64,000 bases of DNA from a virus. Lineage: Duplodnaviria > Heunggongvirae > Uroviricota > Caudoviricetes. Both the position numbers and the translations under genes were made by a program. The DNA is taken from IMG/VR virus record IMGVR_UViG_3300009285_002354, positions 1 to 64,000 of that record. One strand, written 5' to 3'. Positions 26,476-37,200 of this stretch are shown piece after piece. Numbering within the stretch: position 1 is the first letter of the stretch; each line of letters starts with the position of its first letter. A model generated the notes under the pieces. That model was not told where the DNA came from and searched no databases. It saw only the letters and a list, made by a program, of their open reading frames with translations.

Positions 26476-27470
26476 TGCTGCTCTCCCAACTGCTTCTGCA
26501 TCTCGCGGGCCTTCTCAAGGGTCTTGTCGAGCCGGACGCCCTTCAACTCCTTGGCGCCGAGCCCAGTCACCTTCTTGTTTTCCCGCCCGATGAACGTGGA
26601 AAGATTGATGCACGACTGCTTTGCGACTTCCGTTGGATCCGAGATTTCCGACATATCCTCAAGAGAGAACGTCTTGAAGTCCTGGCTCACGACCATCTTG
26701 CCGGCATTGGCGATGGCGATGCAGATTTCGGCCAACTCTTTTTGCTTCACGGAATCATCCGCAGTCGTTCCGCCCTGAGTGCCACTGCCGTGCTGGACGT
26801 TACCTGTCTTGGCCCCATTGCGACCCGTTCGGGACATCATCTTGTCCCACTCTGTCTTTGGGATGCCACGCAGGCCGAGAATAGCTTTCACGGCACTTCC
26901 GCATAGTATGTGATAGGCCGCATTCTGGAGCATCGTCGGGTTGATTTCTTCGATCGCGCGGAAGTCATCGCCCTTCTTGCCTAGGAACGGGTCTCTGGTC
27001 CCATAGGCGCCGGTGACGTATACGATATGGCCACCCATCGCAGCCTTCGCCTCATACACAAATCTGTAGGCATTGCCTTTGGCATCTGTCCACTCTTCCT
27101 TCTGCCAGTGGACTTCAAATATCTGGATCGGGAAGTTGCGGCCGACTCGCTCTGCGCCGGCACTGCTGAGGCACATCGTGCCGTCGAACTCTTTCCAGTC
27201 CTCCGGGTAGGTCTGCGACACCAAGATCGCATCCAGTGCTGCCCGGAATCGCGGGGCCAGCGCGGCCTTCTTCTCCAGGATCATCAACATCACTTCCGGG
27301 TCACCTTCGGACTCGATCTTCATGATCTCTGTCGCTGGGGACTCTGCTGCCAATTCCATGGCATCGTTATCTCCGCCAAAGAATTGATCTACCCGTCTCG
27401 CCGCCTTCTTGCTTGTTACCTGTTCCATTGTCGCCACCTTTTTCTCGGGGTTCTGAATCGTGTAGGACAC
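26472..27470 (-). CDS. putative ssDNA-annealing/recombination protein (first gene of the early operon)
   Basis: Gene order (annealase then exonuclease) matches lambda bet-exo. No family motif recognised with certainty. Confidence 0.35.
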   Translation of the reverse strand: MSYTIQNPEKKVATMEQVTSKKAARRVDQFFGGDNDAMELAAESPATEIMKIESEGDPEVMLMILEKKAALAPRFRAALDAILVSQTYPEDWKEFDGTMCLSSAGAERVGRNFPIQIFEVHWQKEEWTDAKGNAYRFVYEAKAAMGGHIVYVTGAYGTRDPFLGKKGDDFRAIEEINPTMLQNAAYHILCGSAVKAILGLRGIPKTEWDKMMSRTGRNGAKTGNVQHGSGTQGGTTADDSVKQKELAEICIAIANAGKMVVSQDFKTFSLEDMSEISDPTEVAKQSCINLSTFIGRENKKVTGLGAKELKGVRLDKTLEKAREMQKQLGEQQ

Positions 27471-27495
27471 AGCGTCCTATTCACTACGATTTCAC

Positions 27496-27523
27496 ATTAT
27501 ACCACTACCGTATAATCAGTCAA
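27496..27523 (-). promoter_or_regulatory. consensus sigma70 promoter (TTGACT-16-TATAAT) that drives the leftward early operon
   Basis: Perfect -10 and near-perfect -35 seen on the minus strand. An aaaggtgg RBS and the ATG at 27470 lie downstream. Confidence 0.6.
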
Positions 27524-27540
27524 GGGATTTCTCAGAAAAA

Positions 27541-27590
27541 AAAAACGGGGCTGGCCAGTGGGGCACAAGATAAGCTGACCAGCCCCGGCA
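27541..27590 (-). terminator. hairpin plus T10 (intrinsic terminator or insulator upstream of the early promoter)
   Basis: GGGGCTGGCCAG-n14-CTGACCAGCCCC followed by TTTTTTTTTT on the minus strand. Confidence 0.5.
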
Positions 27591-27599
27591 GTCTGGCAT

Positions 27600-28050
27600 A
27601 GAATGGGCGGGCTTCTTGTGGAGAGCCCGCCCACCCGGTTGGAGGCCACATGCGGTGCCCGAAAGGAGGAACGGGGCACCGATGGGTGAAAAGAGGAAAG
27701 GTCATCCGTGACCCAATTACCATCCGTAAGGATCATCCGTGATCGTGCTGGACAGGATTTGTACAATACTAACAGCGGTTGATTACTACGGTTGCCTACG
27801 CTTGCGTACTGGCTTCCCCGAAACCACTTGAAAAAGGCCATTTGTGAGATGCTATCGGGGGTCAAAATGGGCCGGTAGGGAATTTTAAGTCCCCAGCGTC
27901 TGCCATTCCGCCACTCGGCCAAACCCTTGTGTTGCCGGTACTTACGCCTGTTTGGCTCTGTTTTCCTGTCGGCCGCGTACAACATTCGTTCAACCTACTC
28001 TTTTTGGCCCCTTGCCACGGTATCCTATTATAGGCTATCCTGTACCATTG
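27600..28050. promoter_or_regulatory. attP-like region with integrase arm-type direct repeats and further hairpins
   Basis: Three direct repeats (G)TCATCCGTGA, CCATCCGTAA and ATCATCCGTGA at ~27695..27750. Hairpins GGGCGGGCT..AGCCCGCCC and GGTGCCCG..CGGGGCACC. Non-coding, immediately 5' of int. Confidence 0.4.
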
Positions 28051-28051
28051 T

Positions 28052-29161
28052 ATGCGAAAGGTCTGGTTGTATTCAAGGCGAAATCGCCCAGGCGTCTACG
28101 TCATGTGGTACGGCAATGACGGCAAGCAGAGAAGCCGACGCTGCCCGAACCACCAAGCGGCCGAGGTCTACAAACTCCGGCTCGAACACCAACTCAATCA
28201 GGAGTTCTACCAGGAGGCGGTCATGCTGCCGTGGGGTGAACTGCGAGAAGCCTTCCTCAAAGAGAAACGTACCGTGGCCCGACTATCTCTTGGCACCCTG
28301 CGGAGTTACGGCGCAACCCTGAATCTCTTCGAAGCACATGCCGGCAAGCCCTACTCCACAAGGATCAACCACGCCCTCATAGGCCAGTACGTGGCCACCC
28401 GCACACAAGCTGGCGCAGCACCGGATACGATCAACAAGGACCTCCGGACCCTCCACGCCTTCGTAACCTGGGGAGTCGAAAATCAGTACATGGGCGAGGC
28501 CGCGAAACAGATCCGGTGGAACCGGCTTCGGCAGAAAGGCGCCGGCAAAAAGAAGAAGCCACTCACGCTCGATCAATTCGCCCGCCTGCTCGCGACGGCC
28601 GAGAAGCTGTACGGGACCGATTGGTTCATCCGATTACTCTTGGCCATCGGGACGGGTCTGCGCCAAGGCGACCTGGAGCGACTTCGAATCGAGGACATCG
28701 ACTGGTCCCGGTCCGCGATCTCCACGCTGAACACCAAGGCTCACAAGTCCATGCCCCTGCGCCCTCTGCACACGACGATCATTGCGGAGTTGAGGCTCTA
28801 CCTCGGGGACCGAAGCAACGGCCCCATCCTTCGGGATGCCTACCACCATTCGAAGTGGGAACGCATCAGGACGGTTGCAGGAATGACAACCGTCACCTAT
28901 CACACCCTTCGGAAGAGCTTCGGGGCGTTCCTTGCTGACAAGGGGTTCTCCATCGCGGTCGTCCAGGAGTTGCTGGAGCACTCGACCCCACAACTCACGA
29001 AAAACATCTACATGGACGCCTCCCGCGAGCATCGACGCGCAGCCCAAGCCATTCCGATCGACGAAGCGATCAAAGCCGCAAGGGATCAATCGGGACCAGA
29101 GTCTGACGCTGCCACTCGAACAGATCGTCCAGGCGATAGCGGACGGCTCCCTTCTCCATGA
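28052..29161 (+). CDS. int: tyrosine-type site-specific integrase
   Basis: Catalytic R (LRQGDLERL), HTLRKSF (H-x-x-R), and LLEHSTPQLTKNIYMD (nucleophile Y). Confidence 0.9.
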   Translation: MRKVWLYSRRNRPGVYVMWYGNDGKQRSRRCPNHQAAEVYKLRLEHQLNQEFYQEAVMLPWGELREAFLKEKRTVARLSLGTLRSYGATLNLFEAHAGKPYSTRINHALIGQYVATRTQAGAAPDTINKDLRTLHAFVTWGVENQYMGEAAKQIRWNRLRQKGAGKKKKPLTLDQFARLLATAEKLYGTDWFIRLLLAIGTGLRQGDLERLRIEDIDWSRSAISTLNTKAHKSMPLRPLHTTIIAELRLYLGDRSNGPILRDAYHHSKWERIRTVAGMTTVTYHTLRKSFGAFLADKGFSIAVVQELLEHSTPQLTKNIYMDASREHRRAAQAIPIDEAIKAARDQSGPESDAATRTDRPGDSGRLPSP

Positions 29162-29315
29162 TGTAGAACTTCGGCCCGCAGTGATGCTGGCGCCATTTGC
29201 ACACAGTGTCATAGGAGACCCTGAGCAGCTTGGCGACATCTCGCGAATCCAGTAGTTGCACGTCATCAAGTTTGATCTGTTGTTTCTTTTGACGTCCCAT
29301 GATTCTACTCTTCAC
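29070..29315 (-). CDS. xis: excisionase/AlpA-like HTH DNA-binding protein
   Basis: LLDSRDVAKLLRVSYDTVCKWRQ...FYIMEKGAVRYRLDDLFEW. The 3' end is convergent with and overlaps int. Confidence 0.65.
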   Translation of the reverse strand: MKSRIMGRQKKQQIKLDDVQLLDSRDVAKLLRVSYDTVCKWRQHHCGPKFYIMEKGAVRYRLDDLFEWQRQTLVPIDPLRL

Positions 29316-29720
29316 TTGTCAACGAGCTATTCACTTGTTTGTAACGGGGCTGGCGGGCCGGTTTTCGCCGGCGGGTGATTTAACGGTGCTTTTCTACCAC
29401 CAGGACACAAGCCCGTATGCAACGTGTCCGCATGTTGCTTTTGCCGCCGCCAGCCCCTGGATCAGGTTTTCAAAGATCAAAGTGGGCCGGCGGGCATCCC
29501 TTCCGCTACCGACCCATGACTACTACCGCGTACCAATCCGTAGTACGCCTGTTCAAAAACGCCCCGCACTGGGGAGGGAGAGGTAGAATTATTTTCCAGT
29601 GCGGGGCGTCGGATCAGGCATCCCTACCAACATTTACGCATCCCTGCTTCTCTTCCCTGAGACTATCCTGCCACGCTAGGCCAAGGCTTGCCTTGCCAGA
29701 CCTTGCCTGCGCCGACATGC

Positions 29721-29960
29721 CTATGGGTAAATTACTCGGGTTCCAGCCAGGGCTGGATCTGACTGTGCATCGCGCCAGCTTTTCAAAGTCTCAGTGACGA
29801 TGGCACAGATCGTCTGCTCGATGGAGAGACCGCACGACCGCGCGTACTGTCGCAGTCCAGCTCGATCTTTCCCTTTGACCAACTGGAGAACTTTTTCATC
29901 GTTCATTTGCTTCTTCATACGAGCCCTTTCTCTTTTTTTATCCCACTTTTCTGTTGACAT
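29721..29960 (-). CDS. hypothetical small basic protein (79 aa)
   Basis: ORF. Confidence 0.4.
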   Translation of the reverse strand: MSTEKWDKKRERARMKKQMNDEKVLQLVKGKDRAGLRQYARSCGLSIEQTICAIVTETLKSWRDAQSDPALAGTRVIYP

Positions 29961-30153
29961 GCTCCTGGAGACGTGCTATCCTATCCGGCAGCATCTCACG
30001 GAGGAACGATGGAACGGCTTGCTGGACAGGAATCCCCTGGGCTTTGGCCAACTGGTTCATCAGCTTGATTACGTCTCGCCCGCAGCGATCCGGGGCCAGA
30101 TACAGTGCCCGGACAGGATGGTAGTCTTTACGTCTGCGCTTGCTCTTTCGCAT
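29938..30153 (-). CDS. hypothetical small basic protein (71 aa)
   Basis: ORF. Confidence 0.4.
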   Translation of the reverse strand: MRKSKRRRKDYHPVRALYLAPDRCGRDVIKLMNQLAKAQGIPVQQAVPSFLREMLPDRIARLQEHVNRKVG

Positions 30154-30345
30154 GAAAGTCCCTTTCTCCAGTGTACCCAGCTTCGTTTCGGGTATCAGGA
30201 AACTCCTGCCACTGTGACAGGACGTTGCTTATTGCTACGGGGACGAGAATATGGGAGGGCAACACTGGTGTCAAGGGAAATGTAGAGGAAAATAGGAAAA
30301 AATATTATAGTCTATGCTTGTGGAGACATAACTATTGAAGCCACA

Positions 30346-30651
30346 ATGGGTTACATGAGAAGTGTCCAGAGAAATTTCACCTTACCCACCGGCCTATCCA
30401 AAGCATGGACGCATTTTCAAGGCGAAGGATCGAAGGAAAGCAGCCGCAATGCGGCCGGCGCGCTATTCCTCTTTATGTTGATGCCGGTTCATATTCGGGA
30501 CATTGCACGACAGGCAGCGTACGAAAAGGACCCGGAAAAGGCTCGCAATTCGTTTCAGGAAAAGGTGAAGAAGTACCGTCAGGAGATGGTTCTGGCTGAA
30601 GTTCTGATTGACGCTGCTTTAGCTGTTGAAGGAGAGCCGCACGAAAAGTAG
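30346..30651 (+). CDS. hypothetical protein (101 aa; possibly RHH-like)
   Basis: ORF on the plus strand. It competes with a minus-strand ORF at 30473..30733. Confidence 0.35.
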   Translation: MGYMRSVQRNFTLPTGLSKAWTHFQGEGSKESSRNAAGALFLFMLMPVHIRDIARQAAYEKDPEKARNSFQEKVKKYRQEMVLAEVLIDAALAVEGEPHEK

Positions 30652-30936
30652 GGCGCAGGTGACTCCAAACGTGAATCAGTTCCTGAATCTCCCTGTCAGA
30701 CTCGATACGCGAAAGCATCAGGGACACTGGCATGATCTACTCCTTTATGGTTGTAGATCCATCTGCGGCGGTTTCCGCCACGCGCTTCGTTTGGTTCGCC
30801 GACGACGGATGACTGTGAATATAAGCCGCCTCTGTCGCTGTGACAAGTGAGATTCCGTGCGTTATGCAGAATTTTTTGAGTGACGTTTTGTGTTTGATCA
30901 GGGATATACGGAACCGTACTATGAAGGAGTGTTGGA

Positions 30937-31302
30937 ATGTCACAGAAAAAGGACCAATCAACGGGCAAGGGGACTCGGTATACGCCGAAGGAGACAGAGC
31001 AGCGAAGCTACTTTCTACCGCCGGGGCTCGGGGACTTCTTCAAGGATGTCTGCAATGGCAACCCATCGACCGGCATACGCGGAGCGATGATTATCTATGC
31101 TGCATGCCGCAGATTCTCAGACCTTCGAGAACGCGCGATTCGCGCGGCGAACCAGATGGATTTCAAAGAGGCCGTAGATTTGATCGAGAAAGAATTGATG
31201 GAAGCTGTCCCCAGGCGTTACCTTCAGGACTACATCGAGTCCCTCCCGAAGGCGGAGCAGGCCAAGCTCTTGGCCCAGGCCCGCAAGGAACGGGGGTTAT
31301 GA
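30937..31302 (+). CDS. hypothetical protein (121 aa)
   Basis: ORF. The stop overlaps the start of the PAP2 gene as ATGA. Confidence 0.45.
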   Translation: MSQKKDQSTGKGTRYTPKETEQRSYFLPPGLGDFFKDVCNGNPSTGIRGAMIIYAACRRFSDLRERAIRAANQMDFKEAVDLIEKELMEAVPRRYLQDYIESLPKAEQAKLLAQARKERGL

Positions 31303-32318
31303 GACTGGCGGTGATCAAATCGCTGCGTACCCATGCCCTTCTGCTGGCGATCATCGGCCTCTACTGCGTATCCATTGTTCTGCTCGGATACGTCTACAAT
31401 GCGCCCGATCGCGTGCGCTTGTCTCTCTATAGTCAGGCCTTGTATACTGTCAATCTGTGCCTGGGCACCCTTTACGTCTGTGGGCGGGTAGTATGGATGC
31501 TTGCCCGAGATGTACCAACGCATCCGGTTCCGGCCGCACTGCTCGACCTTCGGCGATTCCTTTGGCCGGATCGCATCCTGGCCGCCTTGCCTGTTTTCGT
31601 GTGCCTGCCGCTGTTCTTCAGTGCCTTCACATGCAGCAAGACGTTGATCCCCGTCATTCAGCCATTTGCCTGGGACGCGGCATTCGCCAAGTGGGACGAG
31701 ATCCTGCACGGCGGTCAACCGTGGCGTCTGTTACACCCGTTGCTGGGCCATCCGATGGTCACTGTGTTCCTGAGCTGGATCTATGCGACTTGGTTCCTCG
31801 TGTTCTACGGTGTCATGTTCTGGCAAACATTCAGCATGCGACCGGTACGGATGCAGTTCCTACTGAGTTTCGTACTGGCGTGGGCGATCCTCGGAACCGC
31901 TGGTGCCATGCTATTCTCCTCAGCAGGCCCGTGCTTCTATGACAAGGTGGTCGATGGACCCAATCCCTACGCTCCGTTGATGGAACATCTGCGGCGAATG
32001 GATTCATGGACGGCCACGACGCAGAATCAACTATGGGAGTCCCTCTCCAACGAGCCGGAGATGATCGGGGGGATAAGTGCCATGCCCTGTATGCACGTCT
32101 CCATGGTGCTCCTGTTCGCCCTGGCCGCCTGGCGGGCGAACCGTGCAGCCAGTATCTTGCTGTGGCTCTTCGCCGTGCTCACGGCGGTCGCCTGTGCCTA
32201 CTTGGGCTGGCACTACGTAATTGACGTGTACGCCGCGGCCGTAGGGACTTTCGCGATCTGGTGGGGCGTCGGGTTTCTCCTGCGCAAAACCGATCACGTC
32301 TTCTGTTGCGAGAACTGA
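31299..32318 (+). CDS. PAP2-superfamily integral membrane phosphatase
   Basis: Multi-TM protein. PAP2 motifs SAMPCMH (PSGH-like) and GWHYVIDV (SRx5Hx3D-like). Internal ATG start MRLAVIKS. Confidence 0.6.
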   Translation: MRLAVIKSLRTHALLLAIIGLYCVSIVLLGYVYNAPDRVRLSLYSQALYTVNLCLGTLYVCGRVVWMLARDVPTHPVPAALLDLRRFLWPDRILAALPVFVCLPLFFSAFTCSKTLIPVIQPFAWDAAFAKWDEILHGGQPWRLLHPLLGHPMVTVFLSWIYATWFLVFYGVMFWQTFSMRPVRMQFLLSFVLAWAILGTAGAMLFSSAGPCFYDKVVDGPNPYAPLMEHLRRMDSWTATTQNQLWESLSNEPEMIGGISAMPCMHVSMVLLFALAAWRANRAASILLWLFAVLTAVACAYLGWHYVIDVYAAAVGTFAIWWGVGFLLRKTDHVFCCEN

Positions 32319-32632
32319 TCTATTCTCTCGTGCAGCTTCGTGATGGACGGCTTGATCTCTACGGTCATGGTCTGCTCAATCTTATCGATGCCTCTCAGAA
32401 GTTCACGGTGACGATCGCCCTGCTGCTTGTCGAGGGCCTCGTGCATGATCTTGCACCACTCGGGCCGGGCCGGGTCATCGTCATTCTTGGCCTTGTGGCC
32501 GTTCTCCGGGCCGACTTTGATTGCGTACCTGTTTTTGATGAACATGCCAAGAATCAAGACTATCACCCCAGAGGCCCCGCCGAGCACAACTGTCTCTGCC
32601 GTCCCCTGTGCCAAAATGATCCACATCGACAT
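32294..32632 (-). CDS. holin-like small membrane protein
   Basis: One N-terminal TM segment (IILAQGTAETVVLGGASGVIVLILGMFI) followed by a charged coiled-coil tail. Last gene of the late operon. Confidence 0.35.
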   Translation of the reverse strand: MSMWIILAQGTAETVVLGGASGVIVLILGMFIKNRYAIKVGPENGHKAKNDDDPARPEWCKIMHEALDKQQGDRHRELLRGIDKIEQTMTVEIKPSITKLHERIDQFSQQKT

Positions 32633-32647
32633 ATTTCTCCCTTCTGT

Positions 32648-33415
32648 TTATATATTGCAGCCGAGCATGATACCGGGACCGGCCGCCCCACTCAGTGCCC
32701 CGCCGCGAATCGCGTCGATCTCGCCTGAAGTCAGAATCCTATTGAAGACCGCCATCTCATCGATCAGGCCATCCCAAAAGCCCTGGTTCCAGGGCACCCC
32801 CGCCAGTTCGTAGGCCCCGATAGTGACCGCCCCGGCGGCGATGAAAATATCGCCCGCTGAGGACCAATCCGAGAGGTGATCATAGACGGTTTGGGCATCG
32901 TCGTCCCAGACCCGGATATGACCGGCCTGCGCCGCATCGTCATAGGTCGCCCCGATGTGATACCACTTGCCGGCTGTGATGATAGTCCCCGACCCGGCGG
33001 TATTGTACGTAGTGCCGTCGGCGCTGACGTTGATCGTGACCTCATTCAATGATGAGACGCGCAGGAAAAAGCTTAGTGTGCTCCCCGTGTACTTGCCCTT
33101 ACAGAAGAGCCCCATACCACCGGCAACCGTGTCAGTCTCCGGCTTGATCCAGCAGCAGACTGAGATTTTCTTCGTCGTATCGCCATTCTTGAGGGGAAAT
33201 CCGGCGTCCAGGGCGGCGTCCGTAATCGTCCAGTCATCGGAATCGCCCGCCTCGAAATCGCAGGAAGCTGCGCCCTGCTTGAAGTTCACGGCATCGGCGA
33301 CGGGATTGGACTCGGCCGTCAGGTGATTTGCCCCCTTGCTGTCGTCGTTCAGCGCGTCCCCGGCCTCGAAGTTCCACAGCGCGACAAGGTTTGGGTCCGT
33401 CAGTAGGTTCGCCAC
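32648..33415 (-). CDS. LamG/concanavalin-like jellyroll tail fibre-associated protein
   Basis: LamG-type pattern, including DEMAVFNRILTSGEI near the C-terminus. Confidence 0.55.
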   Translation of the reverse strand: MANLLTDPNLVALWNFEAGDALNDDSKGANHLTAESNPVADAVNFKQGAASCDFEAGDSDDWTITDAALDAGFPLKNGDTTKKISVCCWIKPETDTVAGGMGLFCKGKYTGSTLSFFLRVSSLNEVTINVSADGTTYNTAGSGTIITAGKWYHIGATYDDAAQAGHIRVWDDDAQTVYDHLSDWSSAGDIFIAAGAVTIGAYELAGVPWNQGFWDGLIDEMAVFNRILTSGEIDAIRGGALSGAAGPGIMLGCNI

Positions 33416-33427
33416 GATGGTTTCCCT

Positions 33428-34252
33428 TTATAGCATGTCCAGCACGGCCGAGCCGTAGTAGTTCATTCCGTCGAAATAGAAGCACACGACATCAATAGCC
33501 CAGGCCGTCGTCGTCAGGGTCGGCGCGGTCCCGCCTGCCCACTTGCAGGTGCCCGGCCATGTCACTGTCCGGCTGCCCGTCCCATCCTGCACGATCCGGA
33601 GAACCAGATTGCAGGGCCCGGCCGGAGCGGTGAAGGTGAACTCGCAGTCATCCGTCATCGTGACTGTTTGCTTGTTCCCGGCCCGCCAGTCGAACGTCTT
33701 GCTCGCCCCACTGTTACCGTTGGCGATTTCCGAAGTAAAAACCGCTTGGCGCTGTACCCTTAGATCATAGACAAGGTCGCTCACCCGCAGAGTGGGGCCG
33801 ATCCGGAATCGCGTCAGATAGCTGGAGTTCGTGGTTGCCTTGCACCAACCTACCACGTTGCTCCAGCTCTGGGCCGTCTTCGCCAGCCGACCCGCCACGC
33901 TCCCTACGTAGGCAGGCTCACCCGCCGCCCAGGAGAGGTCGGCGCCAAAACTGTAACTCGTGTCCACATCGAGCCAGCCGAAATCTCTGACTTTACCTTC
34001 ATTCCCGCTAGTTACTGCATCGGGCGCCAAGCCGATGGCTGGCGTCAAAGTCGAATCAGTGGCTTTCGCCTTGTACACTTTGCCGTCCGTAGTCTTGATC
34101 GCCACACAGGAACCCGCGGCGACTGCTTCGCCGAAGGTCAGGGTGATCTCATGGCCCGCATCCAGGAGTTCCAGGATACCGTTGATCACCGCGCCCCAGT
34201 TGTAGCTGCCGTCCTCGGGGAGGGGTAGCTTCATTTCGTCCGTGTAGTCCAT
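33428..34252 (-). CDS. putative tail fibre/baseplate protein
   Basis: Sits between the J-like protein and the LamG protein. No named motif. Confidence 0.45.
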   Translation of the reverse strand: MDYTDEMKLPLPEDGSYNWGAVINGILELLDAGHEITLTFGEAVAAGSCVAIKTTDGKVYKAKATDSTLTPAIGLAPDAVTSGNEGKVRDFGWLDVDTSYSFGADLSWAAGEPAYVGSVAGRLAKTAQSWSNVVGWCKATTNSSYLTRFRIGPTLRVSDLVYDLRVQRQAVFTSEIANGNSGASKTFDWRAGNKQTVTMTDDCEFTFTAPAGPCNLVLRIVQDGTGSRTVTWPGTCKWAGGTAPTLTTTAWAIDVVCFYFDGMNYYGSAVLDML

Positions 34253-34259
34253 ATCTCAC

Positions 34260-37200
34260 CTATGTGTTGTCATCTACCATAATTGACTCTTCTCGTGTCG
34301 CCCTGAGACTGTATCTCGGCATCACTTCGATCTCGGCCGGGTTGTTCCCTCCAAGGTCTGTTGCTTTGGTGATCGTAGCCGTGCTGACGATTCCCAATGA
34401 TCTTTGTCCGATGAGCGTGCCAGCCTCATCCTTACACACCAGGTCCACCCCCTGAATCTGTGGATCGGTCTGATAGGTGCCCCACGGAACACCTCCGTGC
34501 GGCACCAGCAGAGCTTCACTATCTCCATACTTCCAAGTGGTTCCTGAAGAGTCAAAGCTGCCGATGTTGAATCCAGCGGTCTTGCCGCAGAGGTTCCAGT
34601 GGACGTCGACCGTCTCACCGGAGTAGCCATCCAGACCGCCATCATTCTCGTCGCTCGCCAGCCTCACCAGCGCAGCTCCGTAGGGCCTTCGGTAGTTGCC
34701 CATGATCGTGACTTCTGTAGCGGTCACGTCCGCCAGGCTCTGCGCTGCACCGGCGTAGAACGTGCATGCCTTGATGTAGATGGTCCGGCCGATGTCGCTT
34801 TCATTGAACGTCCAATCGTGGTTAACGTCCAGTGTACGGAACGCCTCCCCGGCCACATGAGCTACAGGTTCCGTCTGATGGAGACCCCGAATGATAGTGG
34901 TAATCGTCCATATTCCGGGCGTGCCGCTCTCCTCGCACGTCCTATAGGCAATCACTTCACTGCCGATCTTCGCCAAACGCTCTCCGTCGAAGAACTCCCT
35001 GTCGGTGATGTCCGTTGCAAGATCAGTCACTGTGCCGATGCTCACTTGGAAGGATTCGTCCCTGCGCCAAGTGGGGGCCTTGGCGGACTTCAGAGCAGTA
35101 AGCGTCGTGCCCGCGCTGTTCGCATCCCCTCCCGTAACCCCCGAGATCGTGACACGCTTGAGGTAGTCATAGGTATTGCCGTCCCTTGAAATGTAGATGT
35201 ACCAGCCGTCGCAGTTGGCATCCTGGGGTGCAAGAGAGATGTGCAGGATGGGATCGTGCCAATCCTCCCGGGTGGTGATAATGGGCTCCGTCAGGTCCGA
35301 AGCGACAACCTCGGTTTCCGGCACACGCAGCGTGGTCTGCGTCTGTCTCTGGAGATCTGGATACAGATCGGCGATATCATCGACCGCCTCGATCTCAAGA
35401 TTCTTGCCGTCCTTCGCCTCCGATATACTCGTGATGCGGATTCGCTGATGGTCGATCTTGAAGCCGTCCGACAGCCATCCTACCTGTCCAACGTGCAAAA
35501 GCGCGTGTTTGTAACCGAGCCGGAACATGTAGATTCCGAACCGGTACATGGAATCGATCAGGTATCGGGTCGCGAGCTTCTGTGCGAGGACCGCCCTTTT
35601 CACGCCGACAAGTTCGATTTGCGCCTTTCGCAGTTTGCCGGAGTACCTCCAATCGACCTCGTCTTTGTCCACGGCGACCGCTCCGCCGTAGTTGTCCTCG
35701 CGGCTCTCGTAAGCGACCTCGACGCGGTTGAAGGTCTCCGAATACTTCCTCTTGCGGACCTGCACCGGAGGCTCATCGCCGTCTCGCACAAGATCATCCC
35801 GGGTCAAGGCAAATTCAGGCGCATCGTCCTTCCAGGCCCCCAGGTAGAGCTTGCCGCCTATCCAGTACAGGAAGCCCGAGAAGTGGGAGCACACATACTG
35901 AATCCAATCCAAGACCGGCTTGCTCTGATCGATAGACAACGAAATGAGGAAATCATTCTCCGCACAGTAGACACGGATTTCCTCGAAGCTGGCCGAATCG
36001 ATGTGACTGACGGGCATCCCGGCGCCGCGGCGGGTGTGCGTCAGAAGGTCATAGATGATGTCCGCTGGGTTGGCATCTCTTCCATCTCCGACATGTACAT
36101 AGACAGATTCTGGACCGGCAAGACCGTGAATACTCGCCTGCGGGAAATCAGAGTTCCAGCAGTAGTAGGTGCTCAAGAGGTTCAGGCTGGAGTCGTAGAC
36201 GTTCACCGCCGGCCCGCCGGTAGCCGCATCGCGATAAGTGAGCCCCAGGCGTCCGCCGGGCGCCCTGAATATATCGTACTTGAACTCGGCCTCCGGCACG
36301 GCAATACTGTTGACTACTGCTCCGGAAGGTGCGATCTGGTAGATGTGGTGGTCACTTGTGGTATACGATGCGAGCACGAACCAGTATCCGCCGACGTACT
36401 CTGCCCGCCAAGCCTGGGCCAAACTTCCCCCAAGGGAAATGCCGGCAGTGACGGCCAAGGTCTGAAGGTCGAATAGCTTGGCCTGAATATAAGTTCCAGT
36501 GGGGCTGTCGTAGGTCCCGCCGCACACACAGCCATCCCCGACCGGCCAAATCGCACCTGTATTCGGGTCGGTATATGTGCCGATCATGTGGATACCAATA
36601 TCCTGAACTATGGTGCCCACGGCCTGCCAGGTCCCAGTGTCTCCAAGTTGCAAGTCTGGTTCCAGGCGAGTGAGGCGATACGCCGGATACGCCGTTCCGG
36701 CGCCAAGGAAATAGATGTTGCCGAGCGGATCGGTCTGGAGACAAGCACTGGGCAGTCCGCTATCAGTGACGGCCTTGCTATCCATGAGCGCGCCCGTTCT
36801 GGCGTTCCACCTAAAGAGCCAAGGATCCGCGAAGGGATAGGAAATATAAGCATAAATGGACTCGCCGTCCGGCGAAAATCGAATGCCGCCGTTAATATCA
36901 GAAGTGGGCCAGCCGACAGGTGGGACTTCAAAGTGAATGTCATGCGGTGTCCCATCGGCGTCGAAGATGTAGATGGGCTCGCCCGGGCTATAATAGGGGT
37001 GAGATTGCAGGGCGACGATGGCTCGCGCAGCATTGTAATCCACAGATCTACAGCCGAAAGTGTCGCCCAATTTGGCAGTGATCTCGTAGTTGGCATCCAT
37101 CTGGTATCCAGGGGATGCGATCAGGCCAAGAGGGACATCTTCGCTCACTTCGAACACAAAGGCCGGAATCGTGTCCCCCAGACCCAACTCGTAATTCCGG

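Noticed and set aside
30840-32318. 492-aa ORF as a single protein
   Set aside because: The N-terminal 153 codons overlap the 30937..31302 gene in another frame and lack membrane character. The PAP2 protein most plausibly starts at the ATG at 31299 (ATGA overlap with the upstream stop).
32294-32632. Confident holin call and a complete lysis cassette
   Set aside because: Only one TM segment plus a charged tail is visible. No endolysin or spanin gene is adjacent, and the NlpC/P60 protein is tail-associated. The holin call is kept at low confidence.
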